DNA of 64,000 nucleotides from Sarea resinae (Eukaryota): NCBI GenBank assembly GCA_026026165.1, contig JAPEUD010000013.1, positions 372,001 to 436,000 of the forward strand, read 5' to 3'. Shown piece by piece: positions 63,801 to 64,000 of this stretch (position 1 is its first letter; each line of letters starts with the position of its first letter). The notes under the pieces were generated by a model. It saw only the letters and a program-made list of their open reading frames with translations, ran no database searches and was not told where the DNA came from. The position numbers and the translations under genes were made by a program.

Positions 63801-64000
63801 ATAAAAGCACTATTAGATAGTAATACTAAGATATATCTAATAAGTCTATTAATAGCAAAGAATCTTAGGCTAAGTTAGACCTCTTAACTAGCTACTATAA
63901 TAATTAGCATTAAAAGAAAGCTAGCACTATTTATAGGATGCGCTAAAGATATTAAGGTTAATATTAGAGGTATTACTACTAGAGTGCCTATTTTTATTAC
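60825..64000 (+). mobile_element. Ty3/Gypsy-type LTR retrotransposon (5' LTR 60825-61149, PBS, gag, aspartic protease), RIP-mutated, runs off the window
   Basis: LTR termini TGTGATAG...CTATTACA; PBS-like TTTAGCAACTCC (de-RIP TGGCGACTCC); gag ILFSRTYSVLYFNKVNAIEFFKRY at 61935 (de-RIP about MPFPGTHGAPYFDGANATEFFERY); protease IKALLDSNTK at 63801 (de-RIP ALLDSGAE). Confidence 0.82.

Larger units (their letters stand above)
58700..64000. repeat. AT-rich, RIP-mutated transposon/heterochromatin block
   Basis: Abrupt fall in GC; abundant TA/TAG/CTA and few CA/TG; no ORF of 60 aa or more in the track beyond 58359. Confidence 0.92.

Overview
Fungal DNA from a filamentous ascomycete (Pezizomycotina-type): spliceosomal introns with CTRAC branch points, Zn2Cys6 factors and RIP. 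All family assignments come from motif recognition by eye; no database search was run. About 1-46.3 kb is a dense core-gene region: MoCF/CinA-domain gene, GMF, tRNA-Gln, sulfite reductase beta, MDR dehydrogenase, a Ser/Thr-rich secreted protein, Clr2, a SNF2 ATPase with C-terminal PHD-like fingers, S10 carboxypeptidase, a polyQ Zn2Cys6 factor, ASA1, DBP7, a class I glutamine amidotransferase, tRNA-Gly, YND1, Hikeshi/OPI10, NUDIX and RPB8. About 47-58.6 kb looks like an accessory island. It holds a strongly diverged but intact cytosolic-type isoleucyl-tRNA synthetase, a pseudogenised DUF3435-like (Starship-captain-family) tyrosine recombinase fragment, an intronless O-methyltransferase divergent from a Zn2Cys6 factor, a decayed stretch, and a divergent RPA12-like gene. 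From about 58.7 kb the window is AT-rich RIP-mutated repeat DNA, with a Gypsy element nested inside a Copia element beside an unclassified repeat that carries a tRNA-like cassette. Best candidate for a new system: the IleRS-paralog + O-methyltransferase + transcription factor module, read as an inducible resistance/detoxification cassette against an IleRS inhibitor and possibly delivered by a Starship-like element (inference). Second: an in-frame TGA-CTA readthrough candidate in the secreted Ser/Thr-rich protein.
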